The notes under the pieces: generated by a model
The model's input: only the letters and a program-made list of their open reading frames with translations
Database searches by the model: none
Told to the model about the DNA's origin: nothing
Made by a program: the position numbers and the translations under genes
Shown: positions 51,604 to 60,824 of the stretch, in pieces
How positions within the stretch are numbered: position 1 is the stretch's first letter
Layout: each line of letters starts with the position of its first letter
Source: Verrucomicrobiia bacterium
GTDB lineage: Bacteria; Verrucomicrobiota; Verrucomicrobiia; Limisphaerales; UBA1319
Length of the DNA stretch: 64,000 nt
NCBI GenBank assembly: GCA_963664225.1
Contig: OY760937.1
Coordinates: forward strand, 5,216,001 to 5,280,000
Reading direction: 5' to 3'

Positions 51604-53016
51604 CTAAGGAGGCAATGTAACCATCGTCGCGGTCGGTAACGGGGGCCCGACGCTCGATTCCAATTCCCACTTCTTCATTCTGCGGTAAACCGTGGCCTGA
51701 TCGACGCCCAGGATTTGGGCGGCTTCGGCGACGGTTCGCGTCTGCGCCAGCACTCGCCGGATGTGCTGTTCTTCCAGTTGTTCCAAGGTTATGAGACCTC
51801 CGCTCTGATCCGGGCTGCCGCCATTAGTCCCGGGGCTGAGGTTCTGGCGAAGTTCGGTGGGCAGGTCGCCAGGAGTGATCCTGGAATCCCGTCCCAGGAT
51901 GACGGCGCGTTCTATGGCATTACGCAACTCGCGGAGGTTGCCGGGCCAGGCGTAAGAGTAGATGCTCGCGAGGGCTTCGTCGGTGAAACCGTCAAGCTGT
52001 CGCCCGCATCGGGCCGCGAAGTGCTTCGCATAATGTTCGGCGAAGCGCCTCAAGTCGGCGGGGCGTGAGCGCATCGGAGGTATTTGCACCGTGATAACAT
52101 TGAGTCGGAAATACAAGTCCTCACGGAAGGTTCCCTCCGCAACGCGCGCCTTGAGGTCGCGGTTGGTGGCGGCCAGCACCCGCACATTTGCCCTGCGCGT
52201 AACGTTTTCGCCCAAACGCTCATATTCGCGCTCCTGGAGCAGGCGGAGGAGTTTGGGTTGAATCTCCAGTGGGAGATCTCCAATTTCGTCCAGGAAGAGC
52301 GTGCCGCCCTCGGCGGCGGAGACCTTGCCCCAGTGATCTTTGACCGCCCCGGTGAATGAGCCCCGGACATGGCCGAACAGGTCGCTTTCCAGCAGTTCCC
52401 TGGAAAGACTTGGACAACTGACCGTGATGCATGGCTTGTCTGCCAGGTGGCTGTATTGATGAACCGCGCGCGCCGCCACGCTCTTGCCGGTGCCGCTTTC
52501 TCCGAGGATGAGAATTGACGCGGGGGTCTTCGCCGCGCGGAGGAGGATTTCCATGATCTCCTGCATGGCGGGCGCTGTGAAATCAAGGAGGCATTCAGCT
52601 TCTTGCAATTTGGTCTCGGTCACCTCCCGCTCCAGACGTTCTATCTTCTGGCCCATCTGGCTGAGACGCTGCAAACGCGCCAGCACGGTCAGGAACTGCT
52701 CATTCCGGAACGGCTTTTCGAGAAAGTCCGCCGCGCCGCGCCGCATGGCTTCGACCGCCGTCTTTACGTTGCCATCGGCGGTGAACATGACCACCGGCAG
52801 TTCGGGATTTGTTTTCTGAATTTCCGTCAACACATCCAGGCCGTTCTCCGGTCCGAGGTTAAGGTCCAGGAGCACCGCGTCAAATTTTTCCTCTTTCAGG
52901 CGCTTCAAGCCGAGTGGGCCGGAGGCTGCGCCTTCGGCGTAATGCTTCTCCTCTTCGATGAGTAAACAGGTTGCTTCTCGGAAGGTCTGGTCGTCGTCGA
53001 TTATCAGAAAATCCAT
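51604..53016 (-). CDS. sigma54-dependent response regulator (NtrC/AlgB-like; REC-AAA+-Fis HTH), 470 aa
   Basis: Start at MDFLIIDDD; GESGTGKS, ESDLFGHVRGSFTGA, GGTLFLDEIG, FREDLYFRLNV, WPGNLREL, AAQILGVDQATVYR. Confidence 0.95.
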   Translation of the reverse strand: MDFLIIDDDQTFREATCLLIEEEKHYAEGAASGPLGLKRLKEEKFDAVLLDLNLGPENGLDVLTEIQKTNPELPVVMFTADGNVKTAVEAMRRGAADFLEKPFRNEQFLTVLARLQRLSQMGQKIERLEREVTETKLQEAECLLDFTAPAMQEIMEILLRAAKTPASILILGESGTGKSVAARAVHQYSHLADKPCITVSCPSLSRELLESDLFGHVRGSFTGAVKDHWGKVSAAEGGTLFLDEIGDLPLEIQPKLLRLLQEREYERLGENVTRRANVRVLAATNRDLKARVAEGTFREDLYFRLNVITVQIPPMRSRPADLRRFAEHYAKHFAARCGRQLDGFTDEALASIYSYAWPGNLRELRNAIERAVILGRDSRITPGDLPTELRQNLSPGTNGGSPDQSGGLITLEQLEEQHIRRVLAQTRTVAEAAQILGVDQATVYRRMKKWELESSVGPPLPTATMVTLPP

Positions 53017-53024
53017 GATTGAGT

Positions 53025-54191
53025 CTAGGTTGCTGGCTGTGGGAGCCGAATGATGAGAGTGGCACCCTCGCCGGGGATGCCCTCGCACTCCAGTTGTCCA
53101 TTCATCGCTTGCACGAGCTTCAGTGCAATACTGAGTCCCAAACCGCTGCAGGGTTCTCCACCCGTAGGTCGGGCTGAGAGACGGGCGTAGCGTCGAAACA
53201 TCCGCACCCGATCTTGTGCGGTGAAGCCGGGACCGTGATCCCGGATCCGGCATTCGACGTGTCCGGTGCCCGGACGCACGGAAATGATGATCCGTCCGCC
53301 TGCCGGTGAGAACTTTATGGCGTTGGAGAGCAGGTTTCCGAGCGCCTGATCGAGGGCGGACGCATCGGCGAGCACAGTGGTGCCCTCGCTGGCGAGGTCC
53401 CTCTCCAGCACCAACTTCTTGCTTTGAGCAGCCTCTGAGAATTGGAGGAGGGCATGGGCTGCGGCATCTGAAAGCTTAAGTCTCGCCAGGTTAAGAGAGA
53501 CGCAGCGGTCGGCGGCGGCGTTGGCGAGAAACTGGGTTACGAAGGTCAGCAACTGCCCCCCGGAACGCAGGATGTTTTTCGACAGCATGGCGGCGCGCTC
53601 ATCGCCCAGATTCTTGATCCGCTTATCCAATACCTGGGAGCTTATCTGCATGCCGCCAAGATGATTCTTCAAATCATGCGCCAGCATGCCGAGCAATTCA
53701 TCCTTATCCTCGGCCAGTTGCTTAAGCCGGTCGCGCGCGCATTTTAAATCGAGCTGGGTTTTAATCCTCAAGATCAGCTCGGCCTGGTTAAAGGGTTTGG
53801 TGATGTAGTCCACGCCCCCAGCCTCGAGAGCTTGCACCACCAGATCTTTGTCGTCCGCCGCAGAAACAAATATCACGGGAATTTCCCGCCAATCAGGATT
53901 CGCGCGCAGCCGCCGACAAACTTCGCATCCGTCCATCTCCGGCATCAGCAAATCGAGGAGAATTAAATCAGGCATGCGAACCGCCAACCGCTTAAGGGCG
54001 GTCGGCCCATCGAGCGCAGGGATGATTTCGTATCCCAACTTGCCCAGGACTGAACCAACGACCTGAATATTGGTCTGTTGGTCGTCCACCACCAGGATCC
54101 GGGCCAGCGCCAGTGTGCTGGCTTCGGGATTGAGCTGAGTCGTCGGAGCCTGAGGGGACGTGGGCAAAATCATTTCGGCAGGCTCTTGCAT
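53025..54191 (-). CDS. hybrid REC-histidine kinase (cytoplasmic)
   Basis: ILVVDD...LLDLLMP; MLAHDLKNHL H-box; NLLSNAIKFS, DHGPG, GLGLSI. Confidence 0.92.
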   Translation of the reverse strand: MQEPAEMILPTSPQAPTTQLNPEASTLALARILVVDDQQTNIQVVGSVLGKLGYEIIPALDGPTALKRLAVRMPDLILLDLLMPEMDGCEVCRRLRANPDWREIPVIFVSAADDKDLVVQALEAGGVDYITKPFNQAELILRIKTQLDLKCARDRLKQLAEDKDELLGMLAHDLKNHLGGMQISSQVLDKRIKNLGDERAAMLSKNILRSGGQLLTFVTQFLANAAADRCVSLNLARLKLSDAAAHALLQFSEAAQSKKLVLERDLASEGTTVLADASALDQALGNLLSNAIKFSPAGGRIIISVRPGTGHVECRIRDHGPGFTAQDRVRMFRRYARLSARPTGGEPCSGLGLSIALKLVQAMNGQLECEGIPGEGATLIIRLPQPAT

Positions 54192-54192
54192 A

Positions 54193-56340
54193 TTAATTGG
54201 GCTCCGACAATCGTTTCACCAGATCTGGAAACCGATTAACTTGTTCCTCAAGCTCGACCACTTCATAGGCATCGGCCCGCTGAGCCAGAGCCTGAGCGTA
54301 TTCTGCCAGCGCCGGGCAAGGCCAGCTTTCCGCGAGGGCTTTTAGTTTCCCGGCAAAGGCTTTGGTTTCGTTGATCGCCAGATTGTCGCGGATCGTCGGC
54401 CATTCCTCCTTGCTCAGGCGGTGCAGCTCTGCGACGAATTCTGGGGGCGACGGGGACGGAGTGAGCGGGGGCGCGTTCGTGGTCCGTTCCGACGGCTCCC
54501 CCGGCTGTGCGCGGCGGGGCAGGAAGTGCGACACTTCGGTGAACAACTCGTGCTTCGAGAATGGCTTGCGCAAATGAGCATTGAACGTCTCCCGCATCCC
54601 GGCTTCGTCCTGGAGCTGCGTCGAGGCCGTGACTGCGATCACGGGGACCGCTTCCAGGCCGGGCGATTTGCGGATTTGGTTGAAAGCCTCCCGCCCGTCC
54701 ATGCCGGGCATACGGAGGTCGAGCAGGATGAGGTCTGGCCGAAGGGTTCGCGCCTTGCTGACTGCCTCGAGACCATCGCTGCCGAATTCAAGCTTGTGGT
54801 CTGAGCCTGCGAACATACTCGCAATGAGTTGGCGATTCTCCCCGTTGTCATCCACCACGAGCACCAAGGCTGGCTCCAGTTGGTTGAAGTCGCCGCCCGC
54901 CTCCGAGGATTGTGGCTCATTCGCCGGGAGGCGCATTGAGATCGGGATGTTCGGAAATCGCAGATGGAAGGTGGCGCCGTGGCCCAACGTGCTCGTCGCG
55001 AAAATGGTTCCGCCCATGGCCTCGGTCAAGCGCCTGACAATGGCAAGACCCAGGCCCGTGCCTTGCGTCTCTTTCTCGCGATTTGCACCGGCCTGGACGA
55101 ACGGCTTGAAAATGACCTCCAGTTTGTCTGGCGGAATGCCGACGCCGGTGTCCTCCACTTGGATGTTCAACACAATCTGGCTGCTGCTTTCCCCCTTCTC
55201 CCAATCAAGGCGCACATCAATACTACCGCGGTCGGTGAACTTCACGGCGTTGCCCACTAGGTTGACCATGATCTGGCGCAATCGGATGCGATCCAGCAAC
55301 AGGGAGCGGGGCAGATCGTCCGGGACCTTGCACTCCAGCTTAATGTTTTTCCGCAAGGCGGGTTCGGCGAAAATGGTTTGGATGAATTCGCCGATCTCCC
55401 GTGGGTTGGTGGGCTCCGGTTGTATCGTCAGCACGCCCGCCTCGATCTTCGACATGTCGAGAATGTCGTTGATAAGTTGCAGCAGCGAGGAGGCGCTGGA
55501 CCGGATGGATTTCAGATACTGGCGGTGCCTCGGCTCGTGCAGTTCGCCGTCGAGCAGCTCACTGAAGCCGAGAATGGAGTTCATGGGCGTGCGGATTTCG
55601 TGGCTCATGTTTGCGAGGAAGACGGTCTTCTCCTGGCTGTTGCGCTCGGCCTGGAGTTTGGCCTCAACCAGGGCTTGCTCGCGTTCCTTGTGCTGCAACA
55701 TCACACGAGAAAGCCAGAAGGCGAAGACGCCGGCCCAAATCCCCAACATCCCGGCGGCCAGGCTGGTCAAGCTGGCGCGAAGCAGTTCCTTTCGCGTGGA
55801 CTCGAGGTGAATCGCAACCAGGTGCCCCGGCGCCTGGCGAATCTGGCCCAACTCCGTCCGCAAATCGTCCAAGAGGTCCTTGCTCACACCCGTGGCGACA
55901 ATCCCTTTGGCGGCTGTAAAGCCTTGTGTCCTGCGCGTGTTGTTGACACTCTCGAACCGGTCGAGAATTACCGAAATCCGGTCCCGTAAACCAGCCACGC
56001 GCCGGAGCATCTCGGGATCGTTCCGCACAATGTCCACCAAATGGTCAAGCTCGATGGCCAGATTGGTCCGGCCTGCAAGCATCGGTACCAGAAACGCTTC
56101 GTCGCCGGTGATGACAAAACCGCGTTCACCGGTCTCACAATCAACAAGCAATTTCAGCACCTCTTGAGAAGAGACCTCGACGTCGAACGCATGCCGAGAC
56201 GCAGTCAGTCTGCGGGAAAGCTGCACCCATGTAACCAACGCGAGAACCACGCTCCCAATTGAAAGTGACAGCCATAGGACCACCACCGTCTTGTAAACGC
56301 TTCTGTTTGGTTGTCGCGGCATTTTGTTGGTTCCTATCAA
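54193..56340 (-). CDS. membrane hybrid sensor kinase, CHASE3-HisKA-HATPase-REC (start may be 56322)
   Basis: TM-LVDCETGERGFVITGDEAFL-TM; FLANMSHEIRTPMN; NLVGNAVKFT; GTGLGL; VLVVDD...LDLRMP. Confidence 0.93.
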   Translation of the reverse strand: MIGTNKMPRQPNRSVYKTVVVLWLSLSIGSVVLALVTWVQLSRRLTASRHAFDVEVSSQEVLKLLVDCETGERGFVITGDEAFLVPMLAGRTNLAIELDHLVDIVRNDPEMLRRVAGLRDRISVILDRFESVNNTRRTQGFTAAKGIVATGVSKDLLDDLRTELGQIRQAPGHLVAIHLESTRKELLRASLTSLAAGMLGIWAGVFAFWLSRVMLQHKEREQALVEAKLQAERNSQEKTVFLANMSHEIRTPMNSILGFSELLDGELHEPRHRQYLKSIRSSASSLLQLINDILDMSKIEAGVLTIQPEPTNPREIGEFIQTIFAEPALRKNIKLECKVPDDLPRSLLLDRIRLRQIMVNLVGNAVKFTDRGSIDVRLDWEKGESSSQIVLNIQVEDTGVGIPPDKLEVIFKPFVQAGANREKETQGTGLGLAIVRRLTEAMGGTIFATSTLGHGATFHLRFPNIPISMRLPANEPQSSEAGGDFNQLEPALVLVVDDNGENRQLIASMFAGSDHKLEFGSDGLEAVSKARTLRPDLILLDLRMPGMDGREAFNQIRKSPGLEAVPVIAVTASTQLQDEAGMRETFNAHLRKPFSKHELFTEVSHFLPRRAQPGEPSERTTNAPPLTPSPSPPEFVAELHRLSKEEWPTIRDNLAINETKAFAGKLKALAESWPCPALAEYAQALAQRADAYEVVELEEQVNRFPDLVKRLSEPN

Positions 56341-56560
56341 AACTCGTTCGTGGAAATCATCCGCGCGAACAAACTACAACGTCGAAAGCAGAATGTCTAA
56401 TTGGAGCCCCAGCGATTCTCAATATGGCGATTCCCACGGAATCTCCGCTCGCTGAGCCAACAAACTCCCTTTTGCGAAACTGTCGTGCCCTGAATCTGCA
56501 GCAAAGTCGCCCAAAAGCCTGGGGCGCGGACCTCCTGTCTTCCGAAGGTTGTGGTCCTAA

Positions 56561-56848
56561 TTAGAATTCAAATCGAGAGAAGTTCTCCCACCTTGGACAA
56601 ATTGGAGATTCGGTGGCTTTTACGATGACGAGCAGCGGTATCGCCAAAAGCGCGCCGGGCATATCCCAGAGCCCGGCGAAGAGCATCAGCGAAACAAAAA
56701 TCACAAGCGGATTTAAAGCGTGACCGCGGACATGCCGACGATCGATCTAAAACAGGGAATGAAGTTCAGACCAGCGGCGCCCCAGCCACCCATAGCGGCG
56801 TTGGGCTGGCCCAGCAGATGGAGGCTGATTCCGACCACATTTAAGCCT
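56561..56848 (-). pseudogene. AI-2E-family transporter remnant (internal deletion and frameshift)
   Basis: LLGQPNAAM...LNFIPCF followed, in another frame, by LNPLVIFVSLMLFAGLWDMPGALLAIPLLVIVK; N-terminus missing. Confidence 0.75.
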
Positions 56849-56863
56849 CTTTTTAGATTCTTC

Positions 56864-57019
56864 TCAGCCAAGTTTTTTGCCTTGAATCAGATTCACGACA
56901 ATCATGACCAAGGCGACTACCAGAAGGATGTGGATAAATCCCCCTAGCGTGTAAGAGGAGGCCAATCCCAAGACCCACGCAATAATCAGGACGAGGGCAA
57001 CAGTATAAAGGCTATTCAA
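56864..57019 (-). CDS. lmo0937-like small membrane protein (51 aa; not in the ORF track)
   Basis: LYTVALVLIIAWVLGLASSYTLGGFIHILLVVALVMIVVNLIQGKK; TTG start assumed. Confidence 0.8.
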   Translation of the reverse strand: MNSLYTVALVLIIAWVLGLASSYTLGGFIHILLVVALVMIVVNLIQGKKLG

Positions 57020-57090
57020 TTATGGCCAAAGGTTTGAAGAAGTGAGAAAGGAAGTTCCCAGCCGCAGACACACAAGGACGGAACGCTGCA

Positions 57091-57705
57091 TCACGGCGCA
57101 GAATCAATTATTAACCGCCTGCGCGGGGATGAGGAAGCCCCCGCCTTTGGCCATTGGTAGTGCAGGATGTCCCCGACACCCTCTGGAGCTGGGGCCGGGC
57201 ATTCACGGCGGGACCCGATGTCCTGTGCCCCGGCAGCTTTAAAGATTGCCTTGGCCCGCGCTATTTCACGCGCACTCTCGGCATGGACCGAGATGAGGAC
57301 GATGTCGGGCTTGATCTTCCCCGCAAAGCGCGTGGCCTCATATTCAGGGATGCGCGTCCCAATTAGAGCGCCGACGATGCCGCCAATTGCCGCGCCGACG
57401 GCTGCGGAACTCAACGTTGCAAAGGCGGGGCCCACGGCGATGAGTGGCTCGATGCCTGGAAGGGGCAGGGTGCCCACACCAAGCAGCCAGCCCAGCGCTC
57501 CGCCCAGAATCCCCCCGGTCGCCGCCCCAGCGGAAGCTCCTTCCGGGGCTTTGGTGTGTTTTGTATGAGCAAAGTCCCTCGACGTAGTTTTGTCGGGAAA
57601 CATGGTTGAGATATCGTCATGGGTGAAGCCCGCAGCCAGGAGATCTCGTATTAGGATCGCCTGGCTGCGAGTGGTGGCCATACAGAATGCCGAGGTTTTT
57701 GCCAT
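57091..57705 (-). CDS. glycine-zipper general-stress-type membrane protein, paralog of 62174..62836
   Basis: RDFAHTKHTKAPEGA...GGALGWL...GTRIPEYEATRFAGK; start at MAKTSAFC by alignment with the paralog. Confidence 0.8.
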   Translation of the reverse strand: MAKTSAFCMATTRSQAILIRDLLAAGFTHDDISTMFPDKTTSRDFAHTKHTKAPEGASAGAATGGILGGALGWLLGVGTLPLPGIEPLIAVGPAFATLSSAAVGAAIGGIVGALIGTRIPEYEATRFAGKIKPDIVLISVHAESAREIARAKAIFKAAGAQDIGSRRECPAPAPEGVGDILHYQWPKAGASSSPRRRLIIDSAP

Positions 57706-57793
57706 ATTAAGTTCTTTCTTTGGTATTCGCGCTTGATCAAGATCTCGGAGAATTTCGCCGGTCCACATGATTTCAACGCCAAGCTGTTGCTTT

Positions 57794-57809
57794 AGCTAAG
57801 GCTGTGCCA
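57794..57809 (-). promoter_or_regulatory. sigma54 promoter (leftward)
   Basis: Minus strand TGGCACA-GCCT-TAGCT. Confidence 0.7.
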
Positions 57810-57888
57810 TTATTCAGCAATCCATACAAACTATTGCTTCGTAGTGACTTATGTTAATATAACTCACCGGTCCTGCCCATTTTTTAAT

Positions 57889-57931
57889 ATGCATAATGCA
57901 AGTGGCAGAACATTCGTTCCGCAATTTGCGA
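57889..57931. promoter_or_regulatory. paired GCA-N3-TGC boxes
   Basis: ATGCATAATGCAA (57889-57901) and CCGCAATTTGCGA (57919-57931). Confidence 0.65.
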
Positions 57932-58103
57932 GAAACCTGGCGAACCGGCAGAGAAGATTTCCGTTGCCCCGAGCCGTGGCCAGGAGCATGAATAATCACG
58001 CGACGATCTTGGTTATTGTTTGAGCGGAATTTCACCAACTTCCGGGGGACGCCTTCACGAGACCAGGCAGGCTTCCAATCGTCCGTGACTTCCAGCAACG
58101 GAC

Positions 58104-58148
58104 TTGCAAAATGCAATATGCAGCCCTTTAAAGCGCCGCAAAGTGCAA
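58104..58148. promoter_or_regulatory. paired GCA-N3-TGC boxes
   Basis: TTGCAAAATGCAA (58104-58116, with overlapping ATGCAATATGCAG) and CCGCAAAGTGCAA (58136-58148). Confidence 0.65.
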
Positions 58149-58222
58149 GAGATCTACCGCTAAAAACCCACGAAATCATTGCATTTATCGCGTATATGAA
58201 TGGGTTTCTTAAACAAATCCGC

Positions 58223-58238
58223 TGGCACGGTTCCTGCA
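58223..58238 (+). promoter_or_regulatory. sigma54 promoter for the csbD cluster
   Basis: TGGCACG-GTTC-CTGCA. Confidence 0.8.
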
Positions 58239-58299
58239 AAGGCAATTTCAGTTGCGCAAACGTGCGCAATCCAAAGAAACAATAACGAAATCTAAATCC

Positions 58300-58494
58300 A
58301 TGAATACGCTCGAACTGAAAGGTGATTGGAACATTGCAAAGGGCAAACTTAAACAGAAGTATGCTCAACTGACCGATGACGACCTAAAATTCGCGAAAGG
58401 TCAAGAGGAGGAATTGCTGGGACGTATCCAGAAGCGAACCGGCAAGACCCGGGCGGAAGTGGAACGCGCCGTTAAGGATTGTGCCGGGTGCTAA
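58300..58494 (+). CDS. csbD: CsbD/YjbJ-family stress protein (64 aa)
   Basis: KGDWNIAKGKLKQKYAQLTDDDL...GQEEELLGRIQKRTGKTR. Confidence 0.92.
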   Translation: MNTLELKGDWNIAKGKLKQKYAQLTDDDLKFAKGQEEELLGRIQKRTGKTRAEVERAVKDCAGC

Positions 58495-58585
58495 AGCCCC
58501 CGATCCGCCGCTCCCAGGAAAATCTGGGGGGCGGCGAACCTTAAGGTTACGGAAAACCTTATTCGGACATAACATGCAAGAAATT

Positions 58586-58735
58586 ATGAAAACCACACAA
58601 TTCAATCGCCTCATCATCGTAATCCTCGCCGTGGCGTTGTTCGGTCTCGCCACCGCGGGTTGTAAACACACCGCGAACGGTGCGGGGAAGGATATCGAAA
58701 AGGTGGGCGAGAAGATTCAAGAGAAGACCCAATAG
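58586..58735 (+). CDS. entericidin A/B-like small lipoprotein (49 aa)
   Basis: Lipobox TAGC followed by KHTANGAGKDIEKVGEKIQ. Confidence 0.85.
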   Translation: MKTTQFNRLIIVILAVALFGLATAGCKHTANGAGKDIEKVGEKIQEKTQ

Positions 58736-58857
58736 CTTAGGGTCCGAAAATGCGCGAATAGACCAAAGAAAGGCTTGTCGTCCGAACCTGTGCCTCCCCG
58801 ACGGTCGTTAACGGACGCAGGACTGGCAGAATCAGTGAGCATAAGAACAAAACCGAA

Positions 58858-59232
58858 ATGAAACGCACCGGCAACATGGTAGAACCCAAACGTGGGCGAT
58901 CTGCCAGCACATTCAACAATCCCTGCGCGAGGCCACACAGGTATGCTCAGATCGATACCAGCAAAGGCCAGGCCGGGACGCTCATTGAATTCCGGATTGA
59001 GGCGCCGAATGCGCACTCGGTCAAACTCGCTGCGGACTTCACGGATTGGGAGAAAGCCGCGATCAAACTGGTTAACAAAGGCAATGGAATCTGGGGGATG
59101 CAGTTGCCGTTGCCTCCGGGACGTTACGCCTACCGCTTCCTGATTGATGGGGACTGGCACGACGACCCGCGTTGCGCCGGGCGCGTTCCGAATGACTTCG
59201 GCACGAGCAATTCAGTGATTGAAGTTGTTTGA
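58858..59232 (+). CDS. stand-alone glycogen-binding (CBM48/AMPK-beta-like) domain protein
   Basis: APNAHSVKLAADFTDW...GIWGMQLPLPPGRYAYRFLIDGDW...NDFGTSNSVIEV. Confidence 0.88.
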   Translation: MKRTGNMVEPKRGRSASTFNNPCARPHRYAQIDTSKGQAGTLIEFRIEAPNAHSVKLAADFTDWEKAAIKLVNKGNGIWGMQLPLPPGRYAYRFLIDGDWHDDPRCAGRVPNDFGTSNSVIEVV

Positions 59233-59351
59233 ACACGAAGGTGAGTGCAGCAAACCCTGTCGGCTCGGCCTGGATTAGACACGATGCAAAATCCGAAGCT
59301 CACCATTTTGTGGACCCGTGAGCGCCCCGTGTCTGTTCCAGCGTTTCTCTT

Positions 59352-60212
59352 TCACTTTATCGTAAATCTAAAAGTGTTTGTTCGTGCTTCTTCCTTTAGA
59401 ATGACGGTCACGAATTTGCCTGCGGATTCATTGAGTCGGCTCTTGAACGCTGCGTAACTTCTCGCATCGGCCTCGTCGTCGGACACCATTTCCGGGCTAT
59501 CACCCGTTTTACTCGGCATGGGAGGCGGTGCGGGGCGCGCGCTGGCTGCCATTTCCCCCCAAGTCCTTGGCGACAGGGAAGCATTAAGTCCCATGAATTC
59601 CCGGGTTGGAATGGCAAAGCTCACGTTCTGTGCGTCCACCTTGGTCCACGAGACAATGCCGATGACTTCACCACGATTGTTGAGAATTGGGCCCCCACTA
59701 TTTCCCGGAGAAATGGGACAGGAAAGCTGATACTGTAGAAATCCGTTTATGCTCCGAACCTGGCTGATCAAACCGTCGCCGATGCTAAAATCAAAGCCTT
59801 TGGGTGCGCCAATCACGTAAGCCCGAGCCGCCACAGATTGCAGGTCGTTGCATAAAATCGCCTGCCGCCGGGGCAGTTTCTTTTCCAGCTTCAATAACGC
59901 CAGATCGCGGCCGCCGTTATGGTCAATGCACCCGATCACTCTCACGCGTTGTCCGTCAGCGAACACGGCCCAAACGGAACGCGCATCTGCAATGACGTGC
60001 CAGGCTGTCAGCGCCACATCATTTCCGCGGGCAAGCACAGCGCTGCCTACAAACCTCTTCCCGCTCTGGTTTTCCACTTCCAACGTCATCACCGAAGGCA
60101 GCACTTTTTGGTAGAGTTTTTCGGGCTCTAACGCCGCCTGCGCATGCTCCGGAATTCCCGCATGAATCAGCCATAAGCCGAGCCAGACAATTTGATGCAA
60201 CTTACAAGTCAC
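59352..60212 (-). CDS. exported trypsin-like (S1C/HtrA-like, no PDZ) serine protease
   Basis: LTAWHVI, DLALLKL, ISPGNSGGP catalytic triad motifs; signal peptide. Confidence 0.9.
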   Translation of the reverse strand: MTCKLHQIVWLGLWLIHAGIPEHAQAALEPEKLYQKVLPSVMTLEVENQSGKRFVGSAVLARGNDVALTAWHVIADARSVWAVFADGQRVRVIGCIDHNGGRDLALLKLEKKLPRRQAILCNDLQSVAARAYVIGAPKGFDFSIGDGLISQVRSINGFLQYQLSCPISPGNSGGPILNNRGEVIGIVSWTKVDAQNVSFAIPTREFMGLNASLSPRTWGEMAASARPAPPPMPSKTGDSPEMVSDDEADARSYAAFKSRLNESAGKFVTVILKEEARTNTFRFTIK

Positions 60213-60588
60213 GATTGTTATATCGTCACTTCACGCCGTTCCTGAAGTGCGCATTGTTCATACTCCTGGTAAATCTTATCAGGGGGTAGCGGACACGTGA
60301 CAGACGCCCCGCGGCAGATTCACCGCGTGAGTGTGGGTGGAAGGCAGTGAACCGCAGACCCAGACGGTCAGTGCCACCCATGGCAGAACACCGTTCGCAG
60401 CTTATTCGACGCGCCTCCCTTTTTTTCCGAACAAAATGGCATTATTACCATAATGACTCACGAGAACCGATCGCGATCAGGAGTTTCCTTGTGGCCGCCA
60501 GGAAAACGCTTGGTTTCAATGGTAAAGTGCTAGCCCGGAACGAATTGAAAAACCGAACTCGTGCGTGAACTCTCTTTCACTAGAAGAA

Positions 60589-60630
60589 GTGCAGAATGCG
60601 ACACATACTCGGCTTTTTCGCAAATTGCAG
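60589..60630. promoter_or_regulatory. paired GCA-N3-TGC boxes
   Basis: GTGCAGAATGCGA (60589-60601) and TCGCAAATTGCAG (60618-60630). Confidence 0.65.
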
Positions 60631-60719
60631 ATGCTTTACGTTCACCAACATTTCCCCTTGGTGCCTACCGACAGCTTAATCTGCTTATAATCAATAGGAT
60701 AGAGCGCCACACGTTAGGT

Positions 60720-60735
60720 TGGCACTGCGTTAGCT
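60720..60735 (+). promoter_or_regulatory. sigma54 promoter for the PRC/BON operon
   Basis: TGGCACT-GCGT-TAGCT. Confidence 0.72.
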
Positions 60736-60824
60736 AGGAGGAGCGAGGCCAAGCGCATCGGCGTCACGCCGGGGCTTGGAAATGACAAAAACCATCTACG
60801 CAAAAAAGTAAAACAAAAAGAAAT

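Noticed and set aside
53017..53253. 79-aa N-terminal extension of the sigma54 regulator in the ORF track
   Set aside because: Overlaps the upstream kinase; the receiver domain starts at 53016
57814..58285. ORFs 57814..58368 (minus) and 58016..58285 (plus)
   Set aside because: They lie over the divergent promoter and enhancer region and have no protein features
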